Of a stretch of DNA of 64,000 nt, positions 1 to 13,062 are shown piece by piece. The notes under the pieces are model-generated. The model saw only the letters and a program-made list of their open reading frames with translations, was not told where the DNA came from and did not search any database. Within the stretch, counting starts at the first letter, position 1. Each line of letters starts with the position of its first letter. The DNA comes from Eledone cirrhosa. Lineage: Eukaryota. The stretch spans positions 1,736,001 through 1,800,000 of the forward strand of contig OZ024764.1 in NCBI GenBank assembly GCA_964016885.1. Direction: 5' to 3'. A program made the translations under genes and the position numbers.

Positions 1-289
1 ACATAATATCTCCCATAACATTTACATTACTCTATATATACTATTGTATTGTCACATTAAAGGCTTTACCTCACATATCTCACATAACATTTACATTACT
101 CTATATATACTATTGTATTTTCACAGTAAAGGCTTTACCTCACAATATCGAATCTACGAGATTTTGTTATTATTTATTTCGAGAACAATATCTTAACATC
201 AGTGTGAGCAGCCAGTTATGGCCAGTTTAAACAGAAAGAGGTGAGAGAATTCTGGTCAGATATGGTCAGTTTAAATGCTAAAGGGTTAA
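1..289 (+). mobile_element. Right part of a piggyBac-like MITE with an internal 72-bp tandem array (runs off window start)
   Basis: Same 72-bp unit and related 3' flank as 13063-14646; ends TAAATGCTAAAGGG followed by TTAA (286-289). Confidence 0.75.
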
Positions 290-401
290 GTTATGTTCCA
301 AACACCAGAATAAGGATGAGAAAATCCCTTTTGATAATTTTCAAGATTATTTTAACACCAGAGGAAACAATGTCTTTAGAAATATGGTAACAAAAGGGTT
401 T
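286..401 (-). repeat. Fragment of the dispersed repeat also found at 55600-57570
   Basis: Reverse complement contains AACCCTTTTGTTACCATATTTC...GGTGTTTGGAACATAACTTAA, similar to 57268-57400. Confidence 0.7.
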
Positions 402-562
402 ACGTGGAAATATGTAGATTTCACATTTTAAAAACTGCACCACTGTAGTCTGACTGGAACTAATAAAGTCTTAACACAGAAACAGCAAATACCATAGTTG
501 TTCTTTGGATTGTCTCCCTTGTATCACACATACAGGTAGCTAATAAGGGCACCAGAAACCAA

Positions 563-2155
563 TGGTGTGTAGGGAGGTGGCCTTAGGGCCAAGGACACCA
601 GAAGTCTCCACTGCTACAGGTAGCCAACTCTGTGGTCAGTAGGGAGGTGGTCCTAGGGCCAAGGACACCAGAAGACTCCACTGCTACAGGTAGCCAACTC
701 TGTGGTCAGTAGAGAGGTGGTCCTAGGGCCAAGGACACCAGAAGTCTCCACTGCTACAGGTAGCCAACTCTGTGGTCAGTAGAGAGGTGGTCCTAGGGCC
801 AAGGACACCAGAAGTCTCCACTGCTACAGGTAGCCAACTCTGTGGTGAGTAGGGAGGTGGTCCTAGGGCCAAGGACACCAGAAGTCTCTACTGCTACACG
901 TAACCAACTCTGTGGTGAGTAGGGAGGTGGTCCTCGGGCCAAGGACACCAGAAGTCTCCACTGCTACACGTAACCAACTCTGTGGTGAGTAGGGAGGTGG
1001 TCCTAGGGCCAAGGACACCAGAAGTCTCCACTGCTACAGGTAGCCAACTCTGTGGTCAGTAGGGAGGTGGTCCTAGGGCCAAGGACACCAGAAGTCTCCA
1101 CTGCTACAGGTAGCCAACTCTGTGGTGAGTAGGGAGGTGGTCCTCGGGCCAAGGACACCAGAAGTCTCCACTGCTACAGGTAGCCAACTCTGTGGTCAGT
1201 AGAGAGGTGGTCCTAGGGCCAAGGACACCAGAAGTCTCCACTGCTACAGGTAGCCAACTCTGTGGTGAGTAGGGAGGTGGTCCTAGGGCCAAGGACACCA
1301 GAAGTCTCCACTGCTACAGGTAGCCAACTCTGTGGTGAGTAGGGAGGTGGTCCTAGGGCCAAGGACACCAGAAGTCTCTACTGCTACACGTAACCAACTC
1401 TGTGGTGAGTAGGGAGGTGGTCCTAGGGCCAAGGACACCAGAAGTCTCCACTGCTACAGGTAGCCAACTCTGTGGTCAGTAGGGAGGTGGTCCTAGGGCC
1501 AAGGACACCAGAAGTCTCCACTGCTACAGGTAACCAACTCTGTGGTCAGTAGGGAGGTGGTCCTCGGGCCAAGGACACCAGAAGTCTCCACTGCTACAGG
1601 TAGCCAACTCTGTGGTGAGTAGGGAGGTGGTCCTCGGGCCAAGGACACCAGAAGTCTCCACTGCTACAGGTAGCCAACTCTGTGGTGAGTAGGGAGGTGG
1701 TCCTCGGGCCAAGGACACCAGAAGTCTCTACTGCTACAGGTAGCCAACTCTGTGGTGAGTAGGGAGGTAGCCCTAGGGCCAAGGACACCAGAAGTCTCCA
1801 CTGCTACAGGTAGCCAACTCTGTGGTGAGTAGGGAGGTGGTCCTCGGGCCAAGGACACCAGAAGTCTCCACTGCTACAGGTAGCCAACTCTGTGGTGAGT
1901 AGAGAGGTGGTCCTCGGGCCAAGGACACCAGAAGTCTCCACTGCTACAGGTAGCCAACTCTGTGGTCAGTAGGGAGGTGGTCCTAGGGCCAAGGACACCA
2001 GAAGTCTCTACTGCTACACGTAACCAACTCTGTGGTGAGTAGGGAGGTGGTCCTAGAGCCAAGGACACCAGAAGTCTCCACTGCTACAGGTAGCCAACTC
2101 TGTGGTCAGTGGAGATAGCCCTAGGGCCAACAACACCTGAAGTCTCCATTCTTAC
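563..2155. repeat. 70-bp tandem array, about 22 copies
   Basis: Unit AGGGAGGTGGTCCTAGGGCCAAGGACACCAGAAGTCTCCACTGCTACAGGTAGCCAACTCTGTGGTGAGT with few substitutions. Confidence 0.95.
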
Positions 2156-2227
2156 AGGCTCAACTGCAAACCTGTCGGAGAGTGATCGATATTTGGAGAG
2201 TTTACCCTCCTCAGCCAGAAATATATA

Positions 2228-3857
2228 GTAATAATAATGAAAAGTTTTTGTGTACAGTGCTCAGATGCACTAAAACTCATCAAAGGTGCATGTATAGTAC
2301 ATAGAATAATGTACAAATGTCAGGAAAGGGAACAGTGTCTGAGTCATGGTATACATGTGTGTGTGTGTGTGTGTGTATGGAGGGGGAATATTAGGTGTAG
2401 AGTTGGTGAATTACTGGAAGCATGGAGGTTTTAAAGGATGCAGTGTCTCGACAGCTAACAACTGATCAGGTTGCTTGTTCCATGGAGGTTTTAAAGGATG
2501 CAGTGTCTCGACAGCTAACAACTGATCAGGTTGCTTGTTCCATGGAGGTTTTAAAGGATGCAGTGTCTCGACAGCTAACAACTGATGCAGGTAATTTGTT
2601 CCATGGAGGTTTTAAAGGATGCAGTGTCTCGACAACTAACAACTGATCAGGTTGCTTGTTCCATGGAGGTTTTAAAGGATGCAGTGTCTCGACAGCTAAC
2701 AACTGATGCAGGTAGTTTGTTACATGGAGGTTTTAAAGGATGCAGTGTCTCGACAGCTAACAACTGATGCAGGTAGTTTGTTACATGGAGGTTTTAAAGG
2801 ATGCAGTGTCTCGACAGCTAACAACTGATGCAGGTAGTTTGTTACATGGAGGTTTTAAAGGATGCAGTGTCTCAACAGCTAACAACTGATGCAGGTAGTT
2901 TGTTCCATGGAGGTTTTAAAGGATGCAGTGTCTCGACAGCTAACAACTGATGGAGGTAGTTTGTTCCATGGAGGTTTTAAAGGATGCAGTGTCTCGACAG
3001 CTAACAACTGATGCAGGTAGTTTGTTCCATGGAGGTTGTAAAGGATGCAGTGTCTCGACAGCTAACAACCGATGGAGGTAGTTTGTTCCATGGAGGTTTT
3101 AAAGGATGCAGTGTCTCGACAGCTAACATCTGATGCAGGTAGTTTGTTCCATGGAGGTTTTAAAGGATGCAGTGTCTCGACAGCTAACAACTGATGGAGG
3201 TAGTTTGTTCCATGGAGGTTTTAAAGGATGCAGTGTCTCGACAGCTAACAACTGATGGAGGTAGTTTGTTCCATGGAGGTTTTAAAGGATGCAGTGTCTC
3301 GACAGCTAACAACTGATGGAGGTAGTTTGTTCCATGGAGGTTTTAAAGGTTGCAGTGTCTCGACAGATAACAACTGATGCAGGTAGTTTGTTCTATGGAA
3401 GTTTTAAAGGTTGCAGTGTCTCGACAGCTAACAACTGATGCAGGTAGTTTGTTCTATGGAGGTTTTAAAGGTTGCAGTGTCTCGACAGCTAACAACTGAT
3501 GCAGGTAGTTTGTTCTATGGAGGTTTTAAAGGATGCAGTGTCTCGACAGCTAACAACTGATGCAGGTAGTTTGTTCTATGGAGGTTTTAAAGGATGCAGT
3601 GTCTCGACAGCTAACAACTGATGGAGGGAGTTTGTTCCATGGAGGTTTTAAAGGTTGCAGTGTCTCGACAGCTAACAACTGATGCAGGTAGTTTGTTCTA
3701 TGGAGGTTTTAAAGGCTGCAGTGTCTCGACAGCTAACAACTGATGCAGGTAGTTTGTTCCATGCTTCAGCAACTCTGAGCGTGAAAAAATGTTTCGGAAA
3801 GTCATGGGAGCTGTGCTGTTTTCTGACTTTGTAGGCATGTCCACGTGTGTTAGACAT
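2228..3857 (-). mobile_element. 3' end of a CR1-clade LINE with a 61-bp segment amplified about 22 times (2421-3763)
   Basis: Flanks match 41650-41991; translation NTRGHAYKVRK...FFTLRVAEAWNKLP is a typical CR1 ORF2 C-terminus. Confidence 0.9.
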
Positions 3858-3994
3858 CTAGATCCGAACTATATATACACACACAGATAATTGATTTCAG
3901 TCGACATTCCTGTCCTATTGATTAGGCATTCTTTGTAGAATCAATCGATTATGTGTGTATATATATATATATAATAAAAAATAAAAAATTTTCG

Positions 3995-4380
3995 CTCAGA
4001 TTACATATTCAGATTACATATTCAGCCATGTGGCTGAATACAATAAATGTAATCTGAGTTTTTCGAATATTAATAATAACATTCGATTCGTCTGCAATTA
4101 TGCAAACAAGTCTCAATTTTATAGCCATGTCAGTCGAATGAACTCTTCATTCTTGCTCTTGTGTTGGCATGTGAACAGAACTGCAGACACTAATGTTTCT
4201 GGGCATCACCCTTCATCAGTACAGCTCACTGTTCACCTGCCAACTGTTTACATGCCAACACAGGAGCAAGACTGAGGGGCTCATTCTACTGACATGGCTA
4301 TAAAATTGAGGCTTGTTTGCATAATTGCAAACAAATCGAATATTATTATTAATATTCGGAAAACTCAGATTACATTTATT
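3995..4380. mobile_element. Fold-back element (arms about 125 bp: 4050-4177 and 4248-4380) between TA tracts; putative Penelope-like pLTR remnant
   Basis: Arms are visibly reverse complementary; a hammerhead motif lies in the spacer. Confidence 0.7.
4181..4224 (-). ncRNA. Type I hammerhead ribozyme
   Basis: Minus strand: CTGTA CTGATGA AGGG TGATG CCCA GAAA CA TTAG TG TC^ TGCAG; stems I-III pair; GUC cleavage triplet. Confidence 0.85.
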
Positions 4381-4390
4381 ATATATATAT

Positions 4391-5365
4391 AAGTCTGAGA
4401 CTTGGACACTGACCAAGAAACTCACTCTGATGGTGGATGGGTGCTACACGAGAATGCTGAGGATGGCTCTGAACATTAATCAGTATACACTGAGGATGAA
4501 GAACTCAGAGCTGTATGGGAGCCTCCCAAAAGTCAGCTCAAAAGGGACACAGAGGAGACTGAGGTTAGCTGGACATGCTCACCGACATCCAGAGTTGACA
4601 TTGCACTCAGTGCTCCTTTGGGAGCCCCTACATGGACACACTAGAAGAGGGAGACTGAGGTTAGCTGGACATGCTCACCGACATCCAGAGTTGACACTGC
4701 ACTCAGTGCTCCTGTGGGAGCCCCTGCATGGACACACTAGAAGAGGGAGACTGAGGTTAGCTGGACATGCTCACCGACATCCAGAGTTGACACTGCACTC
4801 AGTGCTCCTGTGGGAGCCCCTGCATGGACACACTAGAAGAGGGAGACTGAGGTTAGCTGGACATGCTCACCGACATCCAGAGTTGACACTGCACTCAGTG
4901 CTCCTGTGGGAGCCCCTGCATGGACACACTAGAAGAGGGAGACTGAGGTTAGCTGGACATGCTCACCGACATCCAGAGTTGACACTGCACTCAGTGCTCC
5001 TGTGGGAGCCCCTGCATGGACACACTAGAAGAGGGAGACTGAGGTTAGCTGGACATGCTCACCGACATCCAGAGTTGACACTGCACTCAGTGCTCCTGTG
5101 GGAGCCCCTGCATGGACACACTAGAAGAGGGAGACTGAGGTTAGCTGGACATGCTCACCGACATCCAGAGTTGACACTGCACTCAGTGCTCCTGTGGGAG
5201 CCCCTACATGGACACACTAGAAGAGGGAGACCGAGGTTAACGTATGTTGATGCCCTAAGGACAGACACTGGTCTGTTGGAGACGCAGGACATGGCAGCGA
5301 TAATGAGGGACAGAGACCGCTGGAGAGAACTCGTCCATGGATCTCGGGAATTTTACCCACCCTAG
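4391..5365 (+). mobile_element. 5'-truncated RTE-like LINE (ORF2 C-terminus) with a 96-bp segment repeated 7 times in frame
   Basis: SETWTLTK..DGCYTRMLR..RRLRLAGH..RGRPRLTYVD..MRDRDRWR; shorter copies at 48020-48125 (+) and 61305-61438 (-). Confidence 0.85.
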
Positions 5366-5393
5366 ATATATATATATCTATATATATGCAGAG

Positions 5394-5738
5394 GTTATAT
5401 TTAATTTGTTGGGATTCAACAACCTTAAAACATTTTTATAACTGATATATAGCACTCAACAGTTAGTGGAGTAAATACACAATATATTAAATAAATGGAA
5501 ACTATATTTATAAAGCCATAATTATTTTATTATACATATTTCAAGGGCCACCAAGGAAGCTCCAACCGTTAAGGTTGTCTTTTTTTCCGGGTATGTCAAT
5601 ATTTATTTATAAAACAAATCTGTATTTTATCTGATGAAAGCACACCATAATTTGCCTTGGTTGCCCTTGAAATATATATAATAAAATAAATATGGTTTTA
5701 TAAATATAGTTTCCATTTATTAATATATTGTATATATA
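5394..5738. mobile_element. TA-embedded fold-back element, family F1 (other copies 9640-9830, 50048-50430, 51513-51740)
   Basis: 5478-5556 is the reverse complement of 5656-5735; shared sequence across four loci, all flanked by (TA)n. Confidence 0.8.
5623..5688 (+). ncRNA. Type I hammerhead ribozyme (F1), minimal palindromic stem III
   Basis: TATTTTAT CTGATGA [imperfect stem II] GAAA TATATA TA^ ATAAAATA; 8-bp stem I. Confidence 0.7.
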
Positions 5739-5741
5739 TCG

Positions 5742-6380
5742 TCATCATCATCATCGTTTAACGTCCATTTTCTACGCTTGCATGGGTCTGGACGGGAATT
5801 GTCCCACTTGAGGCAAGATTGGTTGTCTTTCTCATGACTGTCTGGCGGGTTTTCTACAGCTGGATGCCCTTCCTAACACCAACCACATTTACAGTGTGGG
5901 GCTGGGAGGTTTTTACCGTGTTGCCTACACGGCCACATTACAGCGTGGACTGTGTGTTTTTTTGTCGTGACACCTACACGACCTCATTTGTTTCAAACTG
6001 GATGTTGTGACACCAACATAACTTTACATTGAAAGGGGTGGTGTGGATGGGGTGGGGGGTAGTGGGACGGAGGTGTATTTTGTTAGAGGTGCCTACTGAC
6101 TGTAGGTTTCGCTTTGTACTTAGGCAAGGCGGGTTTTCTGTGTTACTGTGTAGCGCCAAAGATCTCGGTCCAGTGACATTGTCTTGGAGAGGTGTAAGTG
6201 TGTGAGGTCGGAATTTATCAGCTCGTCCCAGGTTTTTCTGGGTCTACCTACTCCGTGGCTACCGTCTATTTTTATTGCCCTGCACTTTATTATACAGCTG
6301 TCGTCTTTCATGCGCATCACGTGACCATACCAACGTAGCCTTCTCTCGAGTAAACAACATCTGATCCCTCTTATTCCTAA
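5742..6380 (-). mobile_element. RTE LINE 3' fragment with long 3' UTR containing a SINE-shared module
   Basis: RRLRWYGHVMRM..GRPRKTW..DRDLWR, then GGTTGGTGTTAGGAAGGGCATCCAGCTGTAG and a (GAT)n tail. Confidence 0.85.
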
Positions 6381-6489
6381 TTGACGATGATGATGATGAT
6401 TGTGTGTGTGTGGGAAAAATAAGAATTTTATAATGGACCTAATGTTTTTATACATACATGCAAATTTAGAGTATACATCGACTAGAAAT

Positions 6490-6515
6490 TAGTTCACACA
6501 ATATGTATAAATATA

Positions 6516-6563
<48 letters not shown>

Positions 6564-6619
6564 TGCATACAGACGCACACACAACATATATATGTATATA
6601 TACACATGTATATATATAA

Positions 6620-6650
<31 letters not shown>

Positions 6651-6739
6651 CATACAAACACAAATATCATCATCATCGTTTTACGGCTATCTTCTACGCT
6701 AGCATGGGTGTGTATATATATGTATATAAACACACACAC

Positions 6740-6772
<33 letters not shown>

Positions 6773-6803
6773 ATGTTTAAACATATACACTCATACACAT
6801 ATA

Positions 6804-6840
<37 letters not shown>

Positions 6841-7090
6841 ACACAAACACACATATATATATGTGTGTGTGTGTGTATGTTTATACATATACACACACAA
6901 ACACACACATACATATATATATACACACACACACATATATATATATAGACACACAAACACACACATACATATATATATATATACACACACACACATATAT
7001 ATATATAAACACACACACACATATATATATACACACACATATATACACACACACATATACACACACACATATATATATATATAGACACAC

Positions 7091-7125
<35 letters not shown>

Positions 7126-7164
7126 CATACACACATATATACATACACACACACATATATACAT

Positions 7165-7195
<31 letters not shown>

Positions 7196-7269
7196 CACAC
7201 ATACACATATATATATACATAAACACACACACATATATATATATACACACATACATATATATATATATT

Positions 7270-7303
<34 letters not shown>

Positions 7304-7312
7304 CACACACAC

Positions 7313-7344
<32 letters not shown>

Positions 7345-7384
7345 CTATATATACACACACACATATATACATACACACACACAC

Positions 7385-7429
<45 letters not shown>

Positions 7430-7448
7430 CACACATACATATATATAT

Positions 7449-7481
<33 letters not shown>

Positions 7482-7500
7482 CACACACACATATATACAT

Positions 7501-7547
<47 letters not shown>

Positions 7548-7622
7548 TATATATATACACACATACATATATATACACACACACACACACATATATATAT
7601 ACACACATACACATATATATAT

Positions 7623-7655
<33 letters not shown>

Positions 7656-7674
7656 CACACACACATATATACAT

Positions 7675-7723
<49 letters not shown>

Positions 7724-7800
7724 TATGTATATACACACATACATATATATACACACACACACACACACATATATATATACACACATACACATATATATAT

Positions 7801-7833
<33 letters not shown>

Positions 7834-7852
7834 AACACACACATATATACAT

Positions 7853-7905
<53 letters not shown>

Positions 7906-8545
7906 TATATATATACACACATACATACATATACACACACACACACACATATATATGTTTGTGTAAAAGGCAATATGATATGTAACCTCTATAAATAGAC
8001 CAAGTCAGTACACTTTGATTAAACATAAACATTGTAGTGGTGGTGGCGTGTTGTGGTGGTGGTAGTGGTGGTGGCGTGTTGTCGTGGTGGTAGTGTAAGT
8101 GGTGGTGGTGGTGGCATGTTGTGGTGGTGATGGTGGTGGCGTGTTGTCGTGGTGGTAGTGTAAGTGGTGGTGGTGGCGTGTTGTGGTGGTGGTAGTGGTG
8201 GTGATGGTGTGTTGTGGTGGTGGTGGTAGTGTAAGTGGTGGTGGTGGCGTGTTGTGGTGGTGTAGGTGTTGTGGTGGTGGTGTAGGTGGTGGTGATATCT
8301 AGGTGGAAGCAGGAAGGTTCTTTGCTCTAGTTCTGGTGCACACCCCCACCCAGACCTGTTATTGCTTATCCTAGGTGTTCACACATCTCTATGGCTGTAC
8401 ACACACACACACATACACACACAGACACATACACACAGACAGACACAGACACACACACACACACACACAGACACAGACAGACACACACAGACACACACAC
8501 ACAGACACACACACAGACATACACACACACACACACACACACATA
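6490..8545. repeat. Compound (TA)n/(CA)n and (GGT)n microsatellites
   Basis: Directly visible. Confidence 0.95.
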
Positions 8546-8652
8546 TTTATGTGGTTCACTAGCTATACATATGTATGTAGGTATTGCATAACCTTATCAC
8601 CATTATAAGATATGTGACTTCAAACGACATTTTTATATATATGTATATATAT

Positions 8653-9574
8653 GGAGGCACATGGCTTAGTGGTTAGAGCATTGGCCTTGCAATCGAAAGG
8701 TTGTGAGTTCAATTCTCAGACCGGGTGATGTGTTGTTTCCTTGAGCAAGACACTTTATTTCACATTGCTCCAGTTTACTCAGCTGTAGAAATGAGATGTT
8801 AGGGACTGCAGTCCCTATCATTCCACTGCAAAGTAGTTGTGGAGGTGCCATGGCAAAAAAGCACTCAGCCCACACTGCAAAGTGGTCGTGGAGGTGCCAC
8901 GGCAAAAAAGCACCCAGCCCTCACTGTGAAGTGGTCGTGGAGGTGCCATGGCAAAAAAGCACCCAGCTCACACTGTAAAGTAGTCGTGGGGGTGCCACGG
9001 CAAAAAAGCACCCAGCCCACACTGCAAAGTGGTCGTGAAGGTGCCATAGCAAAACAGCACCCAGCCCTCACTGTAAAGTGGTCGTGGAGGTGCCACGGCA
9101 AAAAAGCACCCAGCACTCACTGTAAAGTGGTCGTGGAGGTGCCACGGCAAAAAAAGCACCCAGCACTCACTGTAAAGTGGTCGTAGAGGTGCCACGGCAA
9201 AAAAGCACCCAGCACTCACTGTAAAGTGGTCGTGGAGGTGCCATGGCAAAAAAGCACCCAACACTCACTGTAAAGTGGTCGTGGAGGTGCCATGGCAAAA
9301 AAACACCCAGCCCTCACTGTAAAGTGGTCGTGGAGGTGCCACGGCAAAAAAGCACCCAGCACTCACTGTAAAGTGGTCGTGGAGGTGCCACGGAAAAAAA
9401 GCACCCAGCCCACACTGCAAAGTGGTCGTGTAGGTGCCACGGCAAAAAAGCACCCAGCACTCACTGTAAATGAGGTTGGTGTTAGGAAGGGCATCCAGCT
9501 GTAGAAATCAAGCCAGAGTCAGTTCCCGTCCCACCCTTGCAAGCAGGGAAAAGCGGATGTAAAAATGATGATGA
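8653..9574 (+). mobile_element. tRNA-derived CORE-type SINE with RTE tail; internal 49-bp unit expanded 13 times
   Basis: A box TGGCTTAGTGG, B box GAGTTCAATTC, CORE-like CCTTGAGCAAGACACTT, tail CCCACCCTTGCAAGCAGGG..(GAT)n. Confidence 0.9.
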
Positions 9575-9734
9575 TATATGTATATGTGTGTATACATATA
9601 CATATATATATATATATAAATATATATATATGTAAGCAGAAGGATATTCAGTTTGTTGGTAATTCAACAAATATAAATGTTTACAACTGATTTATATTAT
9701 CCTTGGTTATGTCAATATTTATAAAACATTTTGA

Positions 9735-9784
9735 ATTTTATCTGATGAGGGCGTACCAAAGTTTGAAATATATATAATAGAATA
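9735..9784 (+). ncRNA. Degenerate hammerhead motif (F1)
   Basis: ATTTTAT CTGATGA GGGC..GTTT GAAA TATATATA ATAGAAT; stem II shortened and weak. Confidence 0.5.
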
Positions 9785-9829
9785 AATATGGTTTTAGAAA
9801 TATAGTTTCCATTTATTTAATATCAATTG

Positions 9830-9877
9830 TATATATATATATGTGCATATATGTGTATGTATGTGTGCATATATGTA

Positions 9878-9912
<35 letters not shown>

Positions 9913-9947
9913 GTGCATATATATGTATGTATGTGTGCATATATGTA

Positions 9948-9978
<31 letters not shown>

Positions 9979-10013
9979 GTGCATATATATGTATGTATGT
10001 GTGCATATATGTA

Positions 10014-10044
<31 letters not shown>

Positions 10045-10079
10045 GTGCATATATATGTATGTATGTGTGCATATATGTA

Positions 10080-10114
<35 letters not shown>

Positions 10115-10149
10115 GTGCATATATGTGTATGTATGTGTGCATATATGTA

Positions 10150-10184
<35 letters not shown>

Positions 10185-10219
10185 GTGCATATATATGTAT
10201 GTATGTGTGCATATATGTA

Positions 10220-10257
<38 letters not shown>

Positions 10258-11470
10258 GTCTACATTTCCTATGAGGAGATATACTGGAAACCACCAACAC
10301 TACCACCACCACTACCACTACACCACCACCACCACTACACCACTACTACTGCACCACCACTACACCACTACACCACCATCACCACTACCATTACACCACC
10401 ACCACCACTACCACTACACCACCACCACCACTACACCACTACCACTGCACCACCACTACACCACTACACCACCATCACCACTACCATTACACCACCATCA
10501 CCACTACCACTCCACCACCACCCTACTGCACCACCACTACCACTACACTACCATCAACACTACCACTACACCACCACCACCACTACACCACTACCACTGC
10601 ACCACCACTACACCGTCACCACTACACCACCACTACCACTACACCACCACCACCACACCACTACACCACCACTACCACTACACCATACCACTACACCACC
10701 ACTACCACTACACCATTACCACCACACCACCACTACCACTACACCACCACCACCACACCACTACACCACCACTACCACTACACCATACCACTACACCACC
10801 ACTACCACTACACCATACCACTACACCACCACTACCACTACACCACCACCACCACACCACTACACCACCACTACCACTACACCACCACTACCACTACACC
10901 ATTACCACCACACCACCACCACCTCCCACCACACCACCACACCACTACACCACCACCACCACTACACCATACCACTACACCACCACCACCACACTGAAAC
11001 TGATTCATGAGAAAGAGAAATGTAGGTGGAAGTTTGTTAGATAAGGTTTGGTGTGGAACAACAGAGGAATTGGATCAGAGTTGATATGGTGGGGGGGTGG
11101 CGGTGGGGGTGATGGCGGTGGTGGTTGTAATGGTGGTGGTGGTTGTAATGGTGGTGATGGTGGCGGTGGTGTTGGTTGTGATGGTGTGTTGGTGATGGTC
11201 GTTGTGGCAGTTGTGATGGTTGTGGTGGTGGTCGTGGTGGTGTTGGTGGTGGTTGTAATGGTGGTGGTTGTAATGGTGGTGGTGGTGGTCGTTGTAATGG
11301 TGGTGTTGGTGGTGGTTGTAATGGTGGTGATGGTGGTGGTGGTGTTGGTTGTGATGGTGTGTTGGTGATGGTCGTTGTGGCAGTTGTGATGGTTGTGGTG
11401 GTGGTAGTGGTGGTGGAGGTGATGGTGATGGTGGTGGTGGTCGTAGTAGTAGTTGTGATGGTGGAGGTGG
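9830..11470. repeat. TA/TG, (CCA/CTA)n and (GGT)n simple-repeat blocks
   Basis: Directly visible. Confidence 0.95.
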
Positions 11471-11489
11471 TTGGGGAGGTTGTGTTGTT

Positions 11490-11566
11490 CTATGTACTAT
11501 ATATGCACCTTTGATGAGTTGTAGTGCACCTGAGCACTGTATACAATATTTTTCATTATTATTATT
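11490..11566 (+). mobile_element. Extreme 3' end of CR1 LINE
   Basis: TGCACCTTTGATGAGTTGTAGTGCACCTGAGCAC..ATTATT matches the reverse complement of 41650-41730. Confidence 0.8.
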
Positions 11567-11568
11567 AA

Positions 11569-12742
11569 AAGGCGGTGGATTGGCAGTATCGGTAGAGGGT
11601 CAGACATGCTTTCCAGCATAGTTACGGCCCTTTACGATCCGAGTTCAAATCCCGCCGAGGTTAACTTTGCCTTTCATCCTTACGGGGTCGATAAAATAAA
11701 GTACCAGTAATGCACTGGGGTAATTGCTGGCCTTGTGCCTAAAGTAGAAACAATTAATACGGGGTCGATAAAATAAAGTACCAGTAATGCACTGGGGTAA
11801 TTGCTGGCCTTGTGCCTAAAGTAGAAACAATTAATACGGGGTCGATAAAATAAAGTACCAGTAATACACTGGGGTAATTGCTGGCCTTGTGCCAAAAGTA
11901 GAAACAATTATTTGAAAAGTGGGTGAAAGTGGCAAGTCTGAGTATGCACATGTAGACTGAGGAGTGGGAGAACTGAGAGAGGGCGCCTGCCCTGGTGGTC
12001 AGGGTGGTCGTGGTCTTTTATGTGGTTTGCACCACAAGTGACCCTCAGAGGTCTTCCCCCCCCACCCTCCCCCATTGTGGGGAATTTTTGGTTGTTCGAA
12101 TTTTTTAATTTGTTTTTTACACATTTCTATTTTCTTTGTTATAACCTTCTTACACGGCCAAAGGTTGTAGCATTCCGTGCCATCCGTAATGGCTTTCTTC
12201 ATGTCCGCCCTGGTGGCCAATAAAGAAACCATTATCATTGGTGGATTGGCAGTATCGGTAGAGGGTCGGACGCCACGCTTTGCAGCATAGAGTTATGGCC
12301 CTCAACGGTCTGAGTTCCCCGAGGTTAACTTTGCCATTCATCCTTACGGGGTCGATAAAATAAAGTACCAGTAATACACTGGGGTAATTGCTGGCCTTGT
12401 GCCAAAAGTAGAAACAATTATTATTATTATGAAGGGTGGTGGATTTTCAGTATCGGTGGAGGGTCGGATGCCACGCTTTACAGCATAGAGTTATGGCCCT
12501 TTATGGTCTGAGTTCAAATCCTGCCGAGGTTAACTTTTCCTTTCATCCTTACAGGGCCGATAAAATAAAGTACCAGTAATGTACTGGGGTAATTGCTGGC
12601 CTTGTGCCAAAAGTAGAAACAATTATTATTATTTGAAAAGTGGGTTAACTTTGCCTTTCATCCTTACGGGGTCGATAAAATAAAGTACCAGTAATGTACT
12701 GGGGTAATTGTTGGACTTGTGCCAAACAGTAGAAACAGTTAT
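11569..12742 (+). mobile_element. Cluster of Meta-domain-type tRNA SINEs (11569-11910 with triplicated 3' end; 12238-12425; 12433-12630; 12645-12742)
   Basis: B box GAGTTCAAATCC followed by ACTTTGCCTTTCATCCTTACGGGGTCGATAAAATAAAGTACCAG and (ATT)n tails. Confidence 0.85.
11911..12230 (+). mobile_element. 3' end of an L1/Tx1-like LINE
   Basis: FEKWVKVA-like ORF end and terminal GTGGCCAATAAAGAAA; related to 42808-43165, 35295-35590 (-) and 20945-20984. Confidence 0.55.
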
Positions 12743-13062
12743 TTAAGTCTACTTATCTTGTAGGGGCTTCCCTTGGCTAATAGGTACACACACGTAGTGG
12801 GAACCCTATTCGTGTCCGAGTATGGCCACTTCTTAGAACGGAAAAAAAAAAGACATTTAAACAACTACCCCAAAATGTTATTGATGTTGTTGTCGCTGCC
12901 TTAGATAGCTCATGAAACCAGGAAGTGACTTACATAGCATACCACACACTGAGCAGTTAAGTTTACTACCTGTTTGTTGGATTTTCACTCTGAAACTGGA
13001 TATACACTCGGAGTTTACCTCAACTTCCACCAGGAAATCTTTTTGTATCACTAATATTTTCT

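Noticed and set aside
563-3763. CRISPR-like appearance of the regular arrays
   Set aside because: No unique spacers and no cas genes; these are eukaryotic tandem repeats.
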